From Spirochaetia bacterium (GTDB lineage Bacteria > Spirochaetota > Spirochaetia > SZUA-6 > Bin103), in the NCBI GenBank assembly GCA_965198005.1, contig CBDAOI010000004.1, forward strand, positions 1,568,001-1,632,000: a stretch of 64,000 bases of DNA. Reading direction: 5' to 3'. The position numbers were made by a program, and so were the translations under genes. The first letter of the stretch is position 1, and each line of letters starts with the position of its first letter. Positions 1 to 9,384 of this stretch are shown piece by piece. The notes under the pieces are model-generated. The model saw only the letters and a program-made list of their open reading frames with translations. It had not been told where the DNA came from and made no database searches.

Positions 1-1
1 G

Positions 2-409
2 ATCACCGGCGACGCGATCCGGACCGCCCGCGAGCAGCTCATCCTGCGCCGCGAGACCCATCTCGAACAGCTCACCGACAAGCTGCAGGAAGAGCGCGTG
101 CGGCAGGTGATAGGACCGCTGCTGAGCGGCAGCGAGGCGATCGCCGACTTGCGCCCCGACGACCTGCAATACGTGCGCGACCTGGGCCTGGTCGCGCGGG
201 ACGCCCCCCTGCGCATCGCCAACCGGATCTACTGCGAGGTGATTCCGCGCGATCTCACCTGGACCACCCAGGAGTCTCTGCCGCACGAACCGGCCTGGTA
301 CGTGGACGACGACGGCTGCCTGAACCTGCCCAAGTTGCTGGCGGAGTTCCAGCAGTTCTTCCGCGAGCGACACCGCCCACCGCTTGGGATAGTATTGACT
401 CACCAGTAA
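2..409 (+). pseudogene. C-terminal part of AAA-like ATP-binding protein; runs off the window edge and appears 3'-truncated
   Basis: Frame reads AREQLILRRETHLEQLTDKLQEERVRQVI...DDLQYVRDLGLV...LRIANRIYCEVIPR...FQQFFRE, typical of this family; similarity is lost after FFRE. Confidence 0.6.
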
Positions 410-451
410 CTGCCAAACAGACCGAGGATAGCGGGGGAGGTCGACACTGTC

Positions 452-676
452 ATGTGTGAGACAACGATTGAAGAGATTCGATCACAATTCGTCTCTGAGT
501 GGGTGCTTATAGAACACCCGAGGACGGACGAAGCGCTCAACGTCCTGGGGGGCCGGGTGCTGCATCACAGCAAGGACAGGGAAGAGGTATACCGAACCGC
601 TGTCTTGCGTCAGCCCAAACGATCTGCAGTGGTTTACACGGGTGAGATCCCGGATGGAACGGCCGTTGTATTGTGA
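452..676 (+). CDS. Small DUF5678-like protein paired with a retropepsin-like protease
   Basis: 74 aa with SEWVLIE...GRVLHHSKDREEVY; GGAGG upstream; stop overlaps the next start. Confidence 0.6.
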   Translation: MCETTIEEIRSQFVSEWVLIEHPRTDEALNVLGGRVLHHSKDREEVYRTAVLRQPKRSAVVYTGEIPDGTAVVL

Positions 677-1071
677 ACCCGGTGTCGAGCGGCTACGCGT
701 TTGATCCGCTCCGGGGGCTTGTCGTAGTTCAAGCCGAGGTGTTCGGCCGGCTGGGGAGCATCGTGCTGCAGCTCGCCCTGGACACCGGCGCTACTGGTAC
801 CATGATCAACGTCGGACCGCTTGCGGCCGTAGGGTATGACCCGTCGTTGCAGACTGAACGGATCCAGGTCACGACTGGAAGCGGCGTAGAATACGCTCCG
901 AGGATCTCTGTCGTTCGCATGAGGGCGATCGGTCACGAGCGGACGGGATTTCCGGTCCTCGCTCATACTCTGCCTCCAAGCACGAGTATCGACGGCATTC
1001 TGGGACTGGATTTCTTGAGAGGCGCTCGGCTGAGCATTGATTTCCGCACCGGTCTCCTTACCCTGACCTGA
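673..1071 (+). CDS. Retropepsin-like (clan AA) aspartyl protease
   Basis: LALDTGAT catalytic motif and C-terminal IDGILGLDFL. Confidence 0.85.
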   Translation: MNPVSSGYAFDPLRGLVVVQAEVFGRLGSIVLQLALDTGATGTMINVGPLAAVGYDPSLQTERIQVTTGSGVEYAPRISVVRMRAIGHERTGFPVLAHTLPPSTSIDGILGLDFLRGARLSIDFRTGLLTLT

Positions 1072-1275
1072 CACTGATAGCAGATGGGCCAGCCCTTTGC
1101 GGCGCGGTGTCGAAAACGCGGATGAAGCGCGATTACACAGCCCACCATAGCCGCCCGTTAGCTGCAAACGCCAGCACTCGGGCAACCGTGACACAGGCGG
1201 CCGAGCGGATACGGCAATTCGTAAATGCTGTTCCCCAGGGGGCGGTCAGCCGCTTGACCGCGGCGGTCGCGGTGC

Positions 1276-1620
1276 AATTCGAAGATTGGCCGGAGGATGT
1301 CAGGCAGGCATTCGCGTACGACCCGGCCGGCGCCGAGGCGCTGCTCGATGAGGCAGGGTATCCGCGCGATGCGGACGGGGTCAGGTTCAAGACCGACTTC
1401 ATGCACCTCGAGCGCTATGATCTGAACTACACCGAGCTGCTGGCCAGCTACTGGCAGGCGATCGGCGTCGAGGTAGAGATCGAGGTGGCGCCACTGGCTG
1501 ACTTTGTCGCACGGCGGCAGGAGCGAAACTTTCGGATGATCAACGCGGAAGCGGCGGGGAAGGGCGCTCCGACGAATTGGGAGAAGCGCTTCATCCCATC
1601 GACGTCGTGGAACAGCGCCA
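1276..1620 (+). pseudogene. Internal fragment of family-5 ABC substrate-binding protein
   Basis: FEDWPEDVRQAFAYDPAGAEALLDEAGYPRDADGVRFK matches the conserved block of the intact SBPs in this window. Confidence 0.85.
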
Positions 1621-1695
1621 CTGCTCCAAGGGCCTGCTGGAGCGAGCGGTGATCCTGCGCCACGCGGTCAAGAACGCCCTGATCCCGGTGGTGAG
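1621..1695 (+). pseudogene. Short DppB permease fragment fused to the SBP fragment
   Basis: Reads SKGLLERAVILRHAVKNALIPVV (EAA-loop region). Confidence 0.75.
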
Positions 1696-1867
1696 TCGGC
1701 GGGATGGACCAAAAGCGACGCCTCGGGCGGCGGTATTGGGGCGGTAGCAGCCCGTGGCGAAACTCCGGCTGCATTCGAGCGGCGATGCATCCCGGCCTGC
1801 TGGGCGCGGTCGCTCCGTGACGCCGAAGGCCGTGAAAGGCGGCGCGCAGGGTTCGCCCGCTGGAGGA

Positions 1868-2610
1868 GGTTTCCTGACTCGGCTGCGCCGGGAGAAGCCG
1901 CTGGCGGTGGTGCTCGGGAGCGTGCTGCTGCTGTTGATCGGGGTGGCGCTGTTCGCCGACGTGCTGGCGCCGTTCTGCGCCCGCCTTACCCTGGGCGTCG
2001 GCCTGGCCGCGACCGCGGTCAACGTGCTGGTGGCGCTGGTGGTGGGCGGCGTGTCCGGCTTCATCGGCGGCCGGCTCGACCTGACCGTGCAGCGGCTGGT
2101 CGATGCCTGGATGTCGATTCCCGGCCTGCTGATCCTGCTGACGGTGATGTCGGTGGTCGGCCGGGGGGTGCTGCAGATCATCGTGGTGCTGGGGGTGCTG
2201 GGTGGCATCGGCGGCTCGCGGGTGGTCCGGGGCGCGGTGATCGGCGCCAAGGAGCAGGTCTACTTCGAGGCGGCGCGGGCGGTCGGCAGCTCGCGCTGGC
2301 GCACCCTGCTGCGCCACCTGCTGCCCAACATCGCGCCGGTACTGATCGTGATCTACAGCATCAACATCGGCGCGGTGGTGATCAGCGAGGCTTCCTTGAG
2401 CTTCCTGGGGTTCGGGCTGCCGACCAACGGTGCCGAGCTGGGGCGGCATGCTGAGCCGCGAGGGGCGCCAGTACATGGAGATCGCGCCGCGGCTGGCGGT
2501 GTGGTCGGGCCTGTGTCTGACCGTGGTGGTGTACTGCCTGAACATGGTCGGCGACGCGGTGCGCGACCTGCTCGACCCGCGCCTGCGCGGCGGCCGCGGC
2601 CGCCGCGGCG
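1868..2610 (+). pseudogene. dppC: DppC-type permease, internally deleted and frameshifted
   Basis: EKPLA...FADVLAPF/ARLTLGVG junction lacks the LLGTDxLGRD block; frame change near 2430; ends LLDPRLRGG. Confidence 0.85.
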
Positions 2611-2982
2611 AACCTGCTCGCGGGCCGGGGCCGCTACTGCCTGCGCTCGCCGGTTCGGCGCCGAACCGCCGGCAAGTAAGACGCCGGGGCCGGCGACCGC
2701 CGGAGCGCCAGCGGACAAGCTGGCAGCGACCGAGCCGGAATGGCGCAGAATCCGATCGCCACTCGGGTCCGGCATGCGCCGCGCATGGTTCTGCGCCGAA
2801 CCGGGTGTGGCCCGCTGATCCTACTCACTCCCCCGGGCCGCTACCAACTCCGCTCGCTGGTTCTGCGCCGAACTGCGTGTGTCGCACCGAACCTGCTCGC
2901 CGTCCGAGGCCCCTACCAGTTCCGCTTGCCGGTTCTGCGCAGAACTGCCGGCGCGCGCGACGCGGGGACCGGCGACCGCCGA

Positions 2983-3045
2983 TAGACGTTCAGATACATG
3001 CGGTCGACGCATTCCAATTCCAGGGTGGTGTGATCCGCCAGTCCG
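2983..3045 (-). pseudogene. Possible N-terminal remnant of a mobile-element protein
   Basis: Minus strand reads LADHTTLELECVDRMYLNVY, recalled as the N-terminus of an uncharacterised transposon-associated family; very short. Confidence 0.35.
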
Positions 3046-3136
3046 GACATCGACGTGCTTCCCAATACCGGCTGACCAAACCCTACGGAAGTGACCCACC
3101 TCGCCCGTGGTCCTGCCAGTTGCGATGCGCAGCTGG

Positions 3137-3770
3137 TTATCCCAGGGACAGGGTTTCCGGTACGAACAGGTCCGCCGGGGCAACCGCCTGCGGTATCACT
3201 CCCTGGTCCACGTTGAACCGGATGAAGGTCTCCGGAGTCTTGCGCGAACTCTCGAAGCCGTAGGGCAAGGGGTCGTCGCCGACGGTCTCCGCCAGCTTCA
3301 ACAGCGACCGATCTCCGGCGTCGGCGGCGGCGCCGGAGCGCAGGCGGTGCAGGTACTGGGACCTGGCCTCGTTGAACAGGCGGAACAGCTCGGTCGCCAG
3401 ACCGGCGTGCGACTCCAGCGCGGCGTCCTTCACCACCAGCAGGTGGCTGATCGGATAGACCCCGGTCTTGCGGTGCCAGGCGTCGTCGGCCTCGCGCGAT
3501 TCGGGGAACAGGGGTTGGATGTCCGGCGAGTCGACCGGGCCGGGCGCGATGGCGGCGTCGATCTCGCCCGCAAGCAGCATCCGACCGAGGTCGTTGTTGG
3601 GCGACGCCACCACGTTGGACGGCGCGACGTACTCCTCGACGTGTTCGTCGGTCGCCAGCACCCAGGTGACCGTGCCCAGGTCAACGCCGTATTCAGTCGC
3701 CAGGATGCCACGCGTCCAGACGCCCGTCGTGAACGTGTAGCTGCGGACGCCGACCCTCCGGCCGCGGCGC
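3137..3770 (-). pseudogene. 4,5-dihydroxyphthalate decarboxylase-like / PBP2-fold protein, 5'-truncated
   Basis: GRRVGVRSYTFTTGVWTRGIL...GVYPISHLLVVK...DPLPYG motifs; N-terminal third missing. Confidence 0.75.
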
Positions 3771-3809
3771 TCGGAGCACCACCCCGATCCGCTGCCCGCG
3801 GCGCATGCT

Positions 3810-4451
3810 GGTTTAGTTGGGAGCGACAGGCGCGGCATCACCTCCTGGGCGAACAGCTCGATGCCCTCGGTGCTCGGGAAGTCGATGGCGCCCACGATGA
3901 CGTACTGGACGCCGGCATCGATGTAGGCCTGCACCCGTTCGGCCACCTGCTCCGGGGTGCCGACGATCGGATCACTCTTGTGGGGCGAGGCCTCGGCGAT
4001 GCGCCGCGCCTGCTTCTCGGTGGCGGCCACGGCCAATGCCTCCGCCGCCCAGGTCTTGACGATCCGGTGGTAGTCGCGCCCGACCGCGTCACAGTGGCGG
4101 CGCAACACCCCGAGCTTGTGGGCGTAGGATTCGGGCGTGCCCGCGGTGACGTTCCACCAGTCGGCGTACTTGGCCACCACCCGCAGGGTAGCTCTGACAG
4201 AACACGAACGATCCGAAGGTGAGGTCGGGATAGCTGGTGGCGAAGTGGGCGATGGTGCTGACGCACTCGAGGAACGGCGTGTCCGCAGGCTGCCAACTGG
4301 CCCACGGCCACAGGTGGTCGTCGACCCAGACCGATTCGAAGTGCGGATGCAGTCGGTCCAGGGAGGCGCGAACCTGCTCCACGAACAGCCGCCCACTGCT
4401 GCCGTCGACCGGGAACGAGGGCATATGCCAGCCGAATCTCAACGTGCTCAT
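3810..4451 (-). pseudogene. LLM-class flavin-dependent oxidoreductase, internally deleted
   Basis: FESVWVDDHL in one frame; LRVVAKYADWWN...IVGTPEQVAERVQAYIDAGV in another; junction near 4185. Confidence 0.8.
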
Positions 4452-4590
4452 GACCGATTGTCCCCAGCGCCCGGACGCTGATCAAGCGCCTGGCTGAGAT
4501 CGAGAACGGGAAAGACCAGGTTTCATCGGGGAGTCGTCGCGCTACAGCCGCTTGCTGAACTGCCGCCTCAATCTGTAGTATGGCAGCCGA

Positions 4591-4827
4591 ATGCCGAAGA
4601 CCACGGAAACGGTCCTTGCGGAGGCGCTTCGCCTGGATCTGAAGGGACGGGCCCAGCTTGTCGGGGAGCTCCTCGCAACTCTTGACGGCCCAGCAGATCC
4701 GGATGTTGCTTCTGCCTGGTCCGCGGAGATAAAGCGGCGCGTCGCAGCTCTTGAGTCAGGCTCCGCCGAACTTGAGTCTTGGGATGACACCAAGCGCAGG
4801 ATCGAGCGCGACATCCTTGGCAGGTGA
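4591..4827 (+). CDS. Putative addiction module antitoxin
   Basis: 78 aa with EALRL...RAQL...AWSAEIKRR...SWDD; overlaps the toxin start. Confidence 0.85.
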   Translation: MPKTTETVLAEALRLDLKGRAQLVGELLATLDGPADPDVASAWSAEIKRRVAALESGSAELESWDDTKRRIERDILGR

Positions 4828-5123
4828 GCCTACGCGTTCGGAACCTCGCGGTTGCTCGCGAAGAGTTCGCTGCGGCGGTGCGCTGGTACGAGCAACAGCG
4901 TTCTGGTCTGGGCGCAGACTTCTTCGATTGCGTGACAGCCGCAACGTCTCTCATTCGAACGCACCCGCACATTGGGACGTTCGATCCGGAGACACGTACG
5001 CGGCGGGTACTAGTCCGTCGATTTCCCTATCAGGTTGTCTACCTTGTCTCCGACGACGAGATCGCGATCGTCGCGGTCGCTCATACGAAACGCCGACCGG
5101 GCTATTGGAAAGATCGAATATAG
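4824..5123 (+). CDS. RelE/ParE family toxin
   Basis: AREEFAAAVRWYEQQRSGLG...RRFPYQVVY...VAVAHTKRRPGYW. Confidence 0.9.
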   Translation: MSLRVRNLAVAREEFAAAVRWYEQQRSGLGADFFDCVTAATSLIRTHPHIGTFDPETRTRRVLVRRFPYQVVYLVSDDEIAIVAVAHTKRRPGYWKDRI

Positions 5124-5127
5124 CCTC

Positions 5128-5247
5128 GGTGTGCTCACGATCCGCCAGGGCGTTCGCTGGCATGACAAGGCGCCGATGAACGGTCGCGCGCTGACCGCCG
5201 CGGACATCGAATTCAACTACCACCGGATATTGGGCCTCGGCAGCGGG
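5128..5247 (+). pseudogene. Short family-5 SBP fragment
   Basis: IRQGVRWHDKAPMNGRALTAADIEFNYHRILGLGSG. Confidence 0.85.
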
Positions 5248-5424
5248 CGGAACCCGAGTAATCAGTCCCCGCTTTTCGAGTGTAACTACCATTTGGTGCA
5301 CGGCAGGCGGAGTGGTCTTGAAGTAGCGCTGCATGTCGGCCTCCGCCGGCGGCTCACCATGTATCTTGCTGTAGTAGTAGATGAAGGCGAGATACTGCCC
5401 CTGCGTTCGCGTGTATCGCGCCAT
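5248..5424 (-). pseudogene. Winged-helix (LexA/MarR-like) DNA-binding protein, 3'-truncated
   Basis: YTRTQGQYLAFIYYYSKIHGEPPAEADMQRYFKTTPPAVHQMVVTLEKRGLITRVP, cut off by the SBP fragment. Confidence 0.7.
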
Positions 5425-5639
5425 CACCTCAGCTTCACCGTGTCCTCAGACTTATGCGGGCGCAAGGGGCCTTCGGGCACATTTTGAATCGCCCAACGGG
5501 CTGAACTTTCGGGGCGCGGAGTGAGTGGCCAGGTTACCCAATCCGCCCAATCCCCCGCCCGGATCAGAACGGCTGCGGCGGGTCGGGTTGAATGCCGGTC
5601 ACGGTGGGGGTGGGCGCCGGTCGCGGCGCGTGACGGGCC

Positions 5640-6974
5640 GTGGGCTATAGTGCCGCGGTGGGGCGCGAACCGGACGAACCACAGCGGGTGCTGTTTCTGG
5701 AGCCGTTTTACGGCGGGTCCCATCGGGCGTTTGCCGACGGCCTGGTGGCGCACTCCAGCCACCGGATCGAACTGCACACGCTGCCGGCCCGCTTCTGGAA
5801 GTGGCGCATGCGCGGCGCCGCCCTGCACTTCGCGCGCCGCATTGCGCGGCCGGAGCGCTACGCCGTCCTGCTGGTGTCGGACTTGATGAGTGCCGCCGAC
5901 CTCAAGGCGCTGTGGGGCGAGCGCTGTCCGCCGATCGTGCTCTACCTGCACGAGAACCAGCTCAGCTATCCGCTGCCGCCGGGCGGCCAGGTCGACCTGC
6001 AGTTTGGGTTCACCGACGTCACCTCGGCGTTGGCCGCCAGTGCGATGGTATTCAACTCCCACTTCCATCGCGACAGCTTCTTCGCGGCGCTGCCCCGTTT
6101 CCTGCGCCAGATGCCCGACTACGTGCCGCGCTGGGTACCGGCGGCGCTGGAGGCCAAGGCACAGGTGCTCTACCCCGGATGCCGGCTGCCGCCGCCGGCA
6201 GCGGCTGCCGTTGGCGGTCGGAGTGAGCTGGCGCCACCGGTGGGCGCGGTGGCCACAGCCGCAGCGCCTGCCGCAGCCGGGGGCCGGAGTGAGCGCGCGC
6301 CACCGGTGGTCCCCGCGCCCGCTGCCGCGCGCAGTCTGCGTAACCCGGCGGCGCAGATGGTCCCGGCGCCCGCTACCGTACCGCCGCCGGGGCCGCCTCC
6401 GCCCCGACCGCCGGCCCTGCCCGAGGCCCCACCGCTGGTGATCTGGAATCACCGCTGGGAATTCGACAAGCAGCCGGAGGCGTTTTTCGCGGCGCTGCGC
6501 CGGGTGGACGCGGCGGGAGTGGCGTTTCGGGTGGCGCTGTTGGGCGAGAATTTTCAGGCCGTGCCGCAGGCGTTCATCAAGGCGCAGCGCTGGCTCGGCG
6601 CGCGGCTGGTCCACTACGGCTACGAGCCGGATCGGGGCGCCTACTGGGAGTGGCTGCGGCAGGGGTCGGTGGTGGTGTCGACCGCCCTGCAGGAGAACTT
6701 TGGCATCGCGGTGGTGGAGGCGGTGGCGGCCGGTAATTATCCGCTGCTGCCGCACCGCCTGGCCTATCCCGAGGTGATTCCCGAGCGCTACCACGCTGCC
6801 TGTCTGTATCGCGACGAGACGGAGCTGGCGGCCAAGCTGGTCGCGCTGCTGGCGGCGCCCCCGGTTACCGCCCCGGCCGGCTTGGCCGCGGCGATGGAGC
6901 GGTTCTCGTGGCGCCTGCTGGCCGGGCGCTACGACGCGCTGCTGGCAGCGGTCTGGCGCGCGGCGGTCAGGTGA
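5640..6974 (+). CDS. DUF3524 / GT-B glycosyltransferase (GTDC1-like)
   Basis: LEPFYGGSH, LPARFWKWRMRG, YLHENQLSYP, WNHRWEFDK and ENFGIAVVEA motifs. Confidence 0.85.
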   Translation: MGYSAAVGREPDEPQRVLFLEPFYGGSHRAFADGLVAHSSHRIELHTLPARFWKWRMRGAALHFARRIARPERYAVLLVSDLMSAADLKALWGERCPPIVLYLHENQLSYPLPPGGQVDLQFGFTDVTSALAASAMVFNSHFHRDSFFAALPRFLRQMPDYVPRWVPAALEAKAQVLYPGCRLPPPAAAAVGGRSELAPPVGAVATAAAPAAAGGRSERAPPVVPAPAAARSLRNPAAQMVPAPATVPPPGPPPPRPPALPEAPPLVIWNHRWEFDKQPEAFFAALRRVDAAGVAFRVALLGENFQAVPQAFIKAQRWLGARLVHYGYEPDRGAYWEWLRQGSVVVSTALQENFGIAVVEAVAAGNYPLLPHRLAYPEVIPERYHAACLYRDETELAAKLVALLAAPPVTAPAGLAAAMERFSWRLLAGRYDALLAAVWRAAVR

Positions 6975-7171
6975 CCACGCGCCGGGCACGTAGGTGGCGC
7001 AAGAGCGATGCCCGGGCATCGCTCGCTGGTCAGGACTGGCCGCCGCATGCGCAGGCGGCTGGCGCGGCAGCGGGCCACCGGGTTGCCGCCCAGCAGGGCG
7101 AGCAGAGTGACCAGCCCGATGATCACCGGCGGTGGGGGCCCTGCGGTTCGTGGTTACCAGTAGGTTCGTGG

Positions 7172-7495
7172 TTACCAGTAGCGGAGGGCATCAGCGAACA
7201 GCGCCGCCAGATCCGCCTCGGCGGCGCGGGTCAGCCCGACCGCGGCCAGCTCGGACGGCATGTCGACCGCGCGCATCAGGTCGACGATGGCGTCGGCCAG
7301 CGCCGCCCCGGCCTGGTCGCCGCCGCTGCGGCCGCGGACGTCGGCGCCCATCAGGCGGGCGGCCTCGAGGTGGCGCTCGGGATCGGCGGTGCCGGTGAAG
7401 CGGAACACCGCGGGGGCGTTGAGGATCACCGACATGCCGTGCGGGACCAGCGGGTGGTCGTCCGGGTACCCGGCCGGGTGGTAGCCGTCGCGCTG
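7172..7495 (-). pseudogene. C-terminal fragment of hydroxyacid-oxoacid transhydrogenase
   Basis: GYPDDHPLVPHGMSVILNAPAVFRFT...PERHLEAARLMGAD. Confidence 0.75.
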
Positions 7496-7808
7496 CGCAG
7501 TACCGGGACTGCCCGCGCCGCCGGAGCCGCCCGCGCGAGCCGTGGCGGCTGCCGCTTCGGTGAAATCCGCGCCAGCGGTGCGGTGGGCGCCGTTCGTGCC
7601 ACCGGCGGCGCCGCTGGCCACCAGGCTGGACACGCCTGCCCTAGTTGTACATGACGTCGGTTGTCTTTCCGGGTCTTCGATAAAGAACTCGTCTGGTCCC
7701 GCACAGGGGCGCACTTGCCCACATTCCTGCGGGCGCACATCAGTTGGGGCCCCAAAAAAGCTCGACGGTGGACCGCTCATCGGGCAAACTGCTGCGCACG
7801 GGGGACGG

Positions 7809-7882
7809 CGCCGGAGTTTGAGGAGGGGGCCGGCGAGAGAGAGCTCAGCGCAGCGGCGCAGCGGATGTGCGCGAAGCTGTAA
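7809..7882 (+). repeat. Copy of the last ~74 bp of the SDR gene (56694-56767)
   Basis: PEFEEGAGERELSAAAQRMCAKL* versus PEFEEGAGERELSAAAKQMGAKL*. Confidence 0.9.
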
Positions 7883-8193
7883 TTCAGCATCCTCGCGCAG
7901 GCGGCCCGCGCGCGACCGAGGTGCGAGGTCGATCCCTCTTTCTTGGGGGCCAAACCATCATGCGCGTGACTCAGAGTGGGCAGGGGCGCGGGGCTGTAAT
8001 GCTGAGGACGCGCACGGACCCTTCGGGTCCTTAGGCGACGAACGGTCCGTGCTCGACGTGGTCGTCTCGCCCCCAGTCGCGGTCATGACTTCATGACTTG
8101 GCTGTGAGGGGCACGGCTTTGCGGTGGCCTTCAGCTATTCGGCTCAGGGCTCGGTTCGCTCGGTCTCCAACGCTTGCCGTAGGATCTTGATCC

Positions 8194-8412
8194 TCATTCA
8201 ACCCGTTTCGTCAGTTCCTTCTTCGCAAGCTTCCAATCGGCTATTCGTTCCTTGCCAGCGGCCACGCGCGTCTCGGTCTCTGTGAGGACTTCCGCGTGCC
8301 AATCCGGTGACTCGACTTCGGTCTCGGACTGGGCCAGATCGGCCCATATGGCTTCCATAAGCTGAAGCTTCTCTGCCCGTGACATCTGCTTGATTTCAGG
8401 AACAGTGATCAT
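8194..8412 (-). CDS. Putative addiction module antitoxin; only the start of the cognate toxin remains
   Basis: MSRAEKLQLMEAIWADL...SPDWHAEVL...DWKLAK; the overlapping ATG gives MRIKIL and then decays. Confidence 0.8.
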   Translation of the reverse strand: MITVPEIKQMSRAEKLQLMEAIWADLAQSETEVESPDWHAEVLTETETRVAAGKERIADWKLAKKELTKRVE

Positions 8413-8602
8413 GAGAATAGGCTGATGTGGGGCACGACGTCGTTCGTGCCGCTCATCTCGGTCTGTCGACCCGCTGTCGACAGTAGGCGTTGCGAGACAG
8501 GCTGGTGGTTGTCGCTCGCACGTTGCGTGGCGACACTATCGGTATGATCAGTGCTCGACTGGCGATAACCGGGAGGCGGGCGCCGACGAGGCAAAATCGC
8601 TG

Positions 8603-8834
8603 TTGACATTACTTGCGCCGGGCCCCATGGTACTAGCTAGCTCACGATTGGACGGATGGTGATGAAGTCGGGCTTGACTAGGTCAGGCGAGCCTGAGACG
8701 ATAGGGAGTAAGGTGATCGAAGGATGCCGATGAAGCGCCATGACGACAGTCAGCGCAGTGACGGGTTGGCGGTGACGCAGGGTGATGAGCGCGGTGGGTC
8801 GCGCTTGACACGGATTTGGGGCGGCCTCTACAGT
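8603..8834 (+). promoter_or_regulatory. Three tandem sigma70-like promoters upstream of operon 1
   Basis: TTGACA-17-CATGGT (8603), TTGACT-17-GACGAT (8674), TTGACA-18-TACAGT (8805), separated by the shared GGAT..GATGAAG(CGCCATGACGAC) unit. Confidence 0.6.
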
Positions 8835-9184
8835 TGTCCGCGAATGGGCACTGACACCATCCAGCCCGACTACCGACTAGCCGCGCAGCAGCGGACCTCG
8901 CGGCGCCGGTGCTGAGCGCGGCACCATCGATCGGTGTGGCGCACAGCCGCCACGCGTCCGCGCGTCTAACGGCCGACAGCGTCGGCCGCAAACTCCACCG
9001 GTCCACAGCAGCGTGCGTAGCGACACTCGCCGGCACCTCTATACAGACAACCGACACATCTGTGCCCGACCATAGTTGTCGACGACAGATGCTCGCTAGC
9101 CGCGGCACCGGCCGGTCCGATGGCCGAGCCACCGTCCTGTCAAGGCACCCAATAGCTCAAATAGCACAAAAGAGGGGGTGCAAA

Positions 9185-9362
9185 ATGATACTCAAAGAGC
9201 CGTAGGCGCGTGCGGCGTGAGCCCGGGTAAACCCGGTGAGTCACGCGCCGCGCGCGTGTAGTGAATCTGACTCAGACTGGCCGTCCGCGTTTGCGGGCGC
9301 GCCCGCGTTGCGGTGCGTCAGAGTAGCCAGGGAGCGGCAGTCCGCTTCGCAATACTCTCGAG
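9185..9362 (+). promoter_or_regulatory. uORF (MILKEP*, shortened copy) and structured 5' leader of operon 1
   Basis: Homologous to the four other leaders; hairpins ccggg-taaa-cccgg and agagta...tactct. Confidence 0.65.
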
Positions 9363-9384
9363 AACACATTTCATGGAGAAAACA

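Noticed and set aside
3137-4396. 419-aa LLM-decarboxylase fusion
   Set aside because: Deletion junction of two incomplete genes; each lacks essential parts.
5424-7019. Long antisense ORFs (also 1448-2545, 33918-34862, 62928-63917)
   Set aside because: Shadow frames of real GC-rich genes on the opposite strand.
7145-7180. 18-bp tandem duplication ggttcgtggttaccagta
   Set aside because: Real but isolated at a pseudogene stop codon; most likely slippage.
9205-9365. Leader as a cobalamin riboswitch or T-box
   Set aside because: Only a superficial agccagg resemblance; no B12-box core or T-box antiterminator motif is recognisable.
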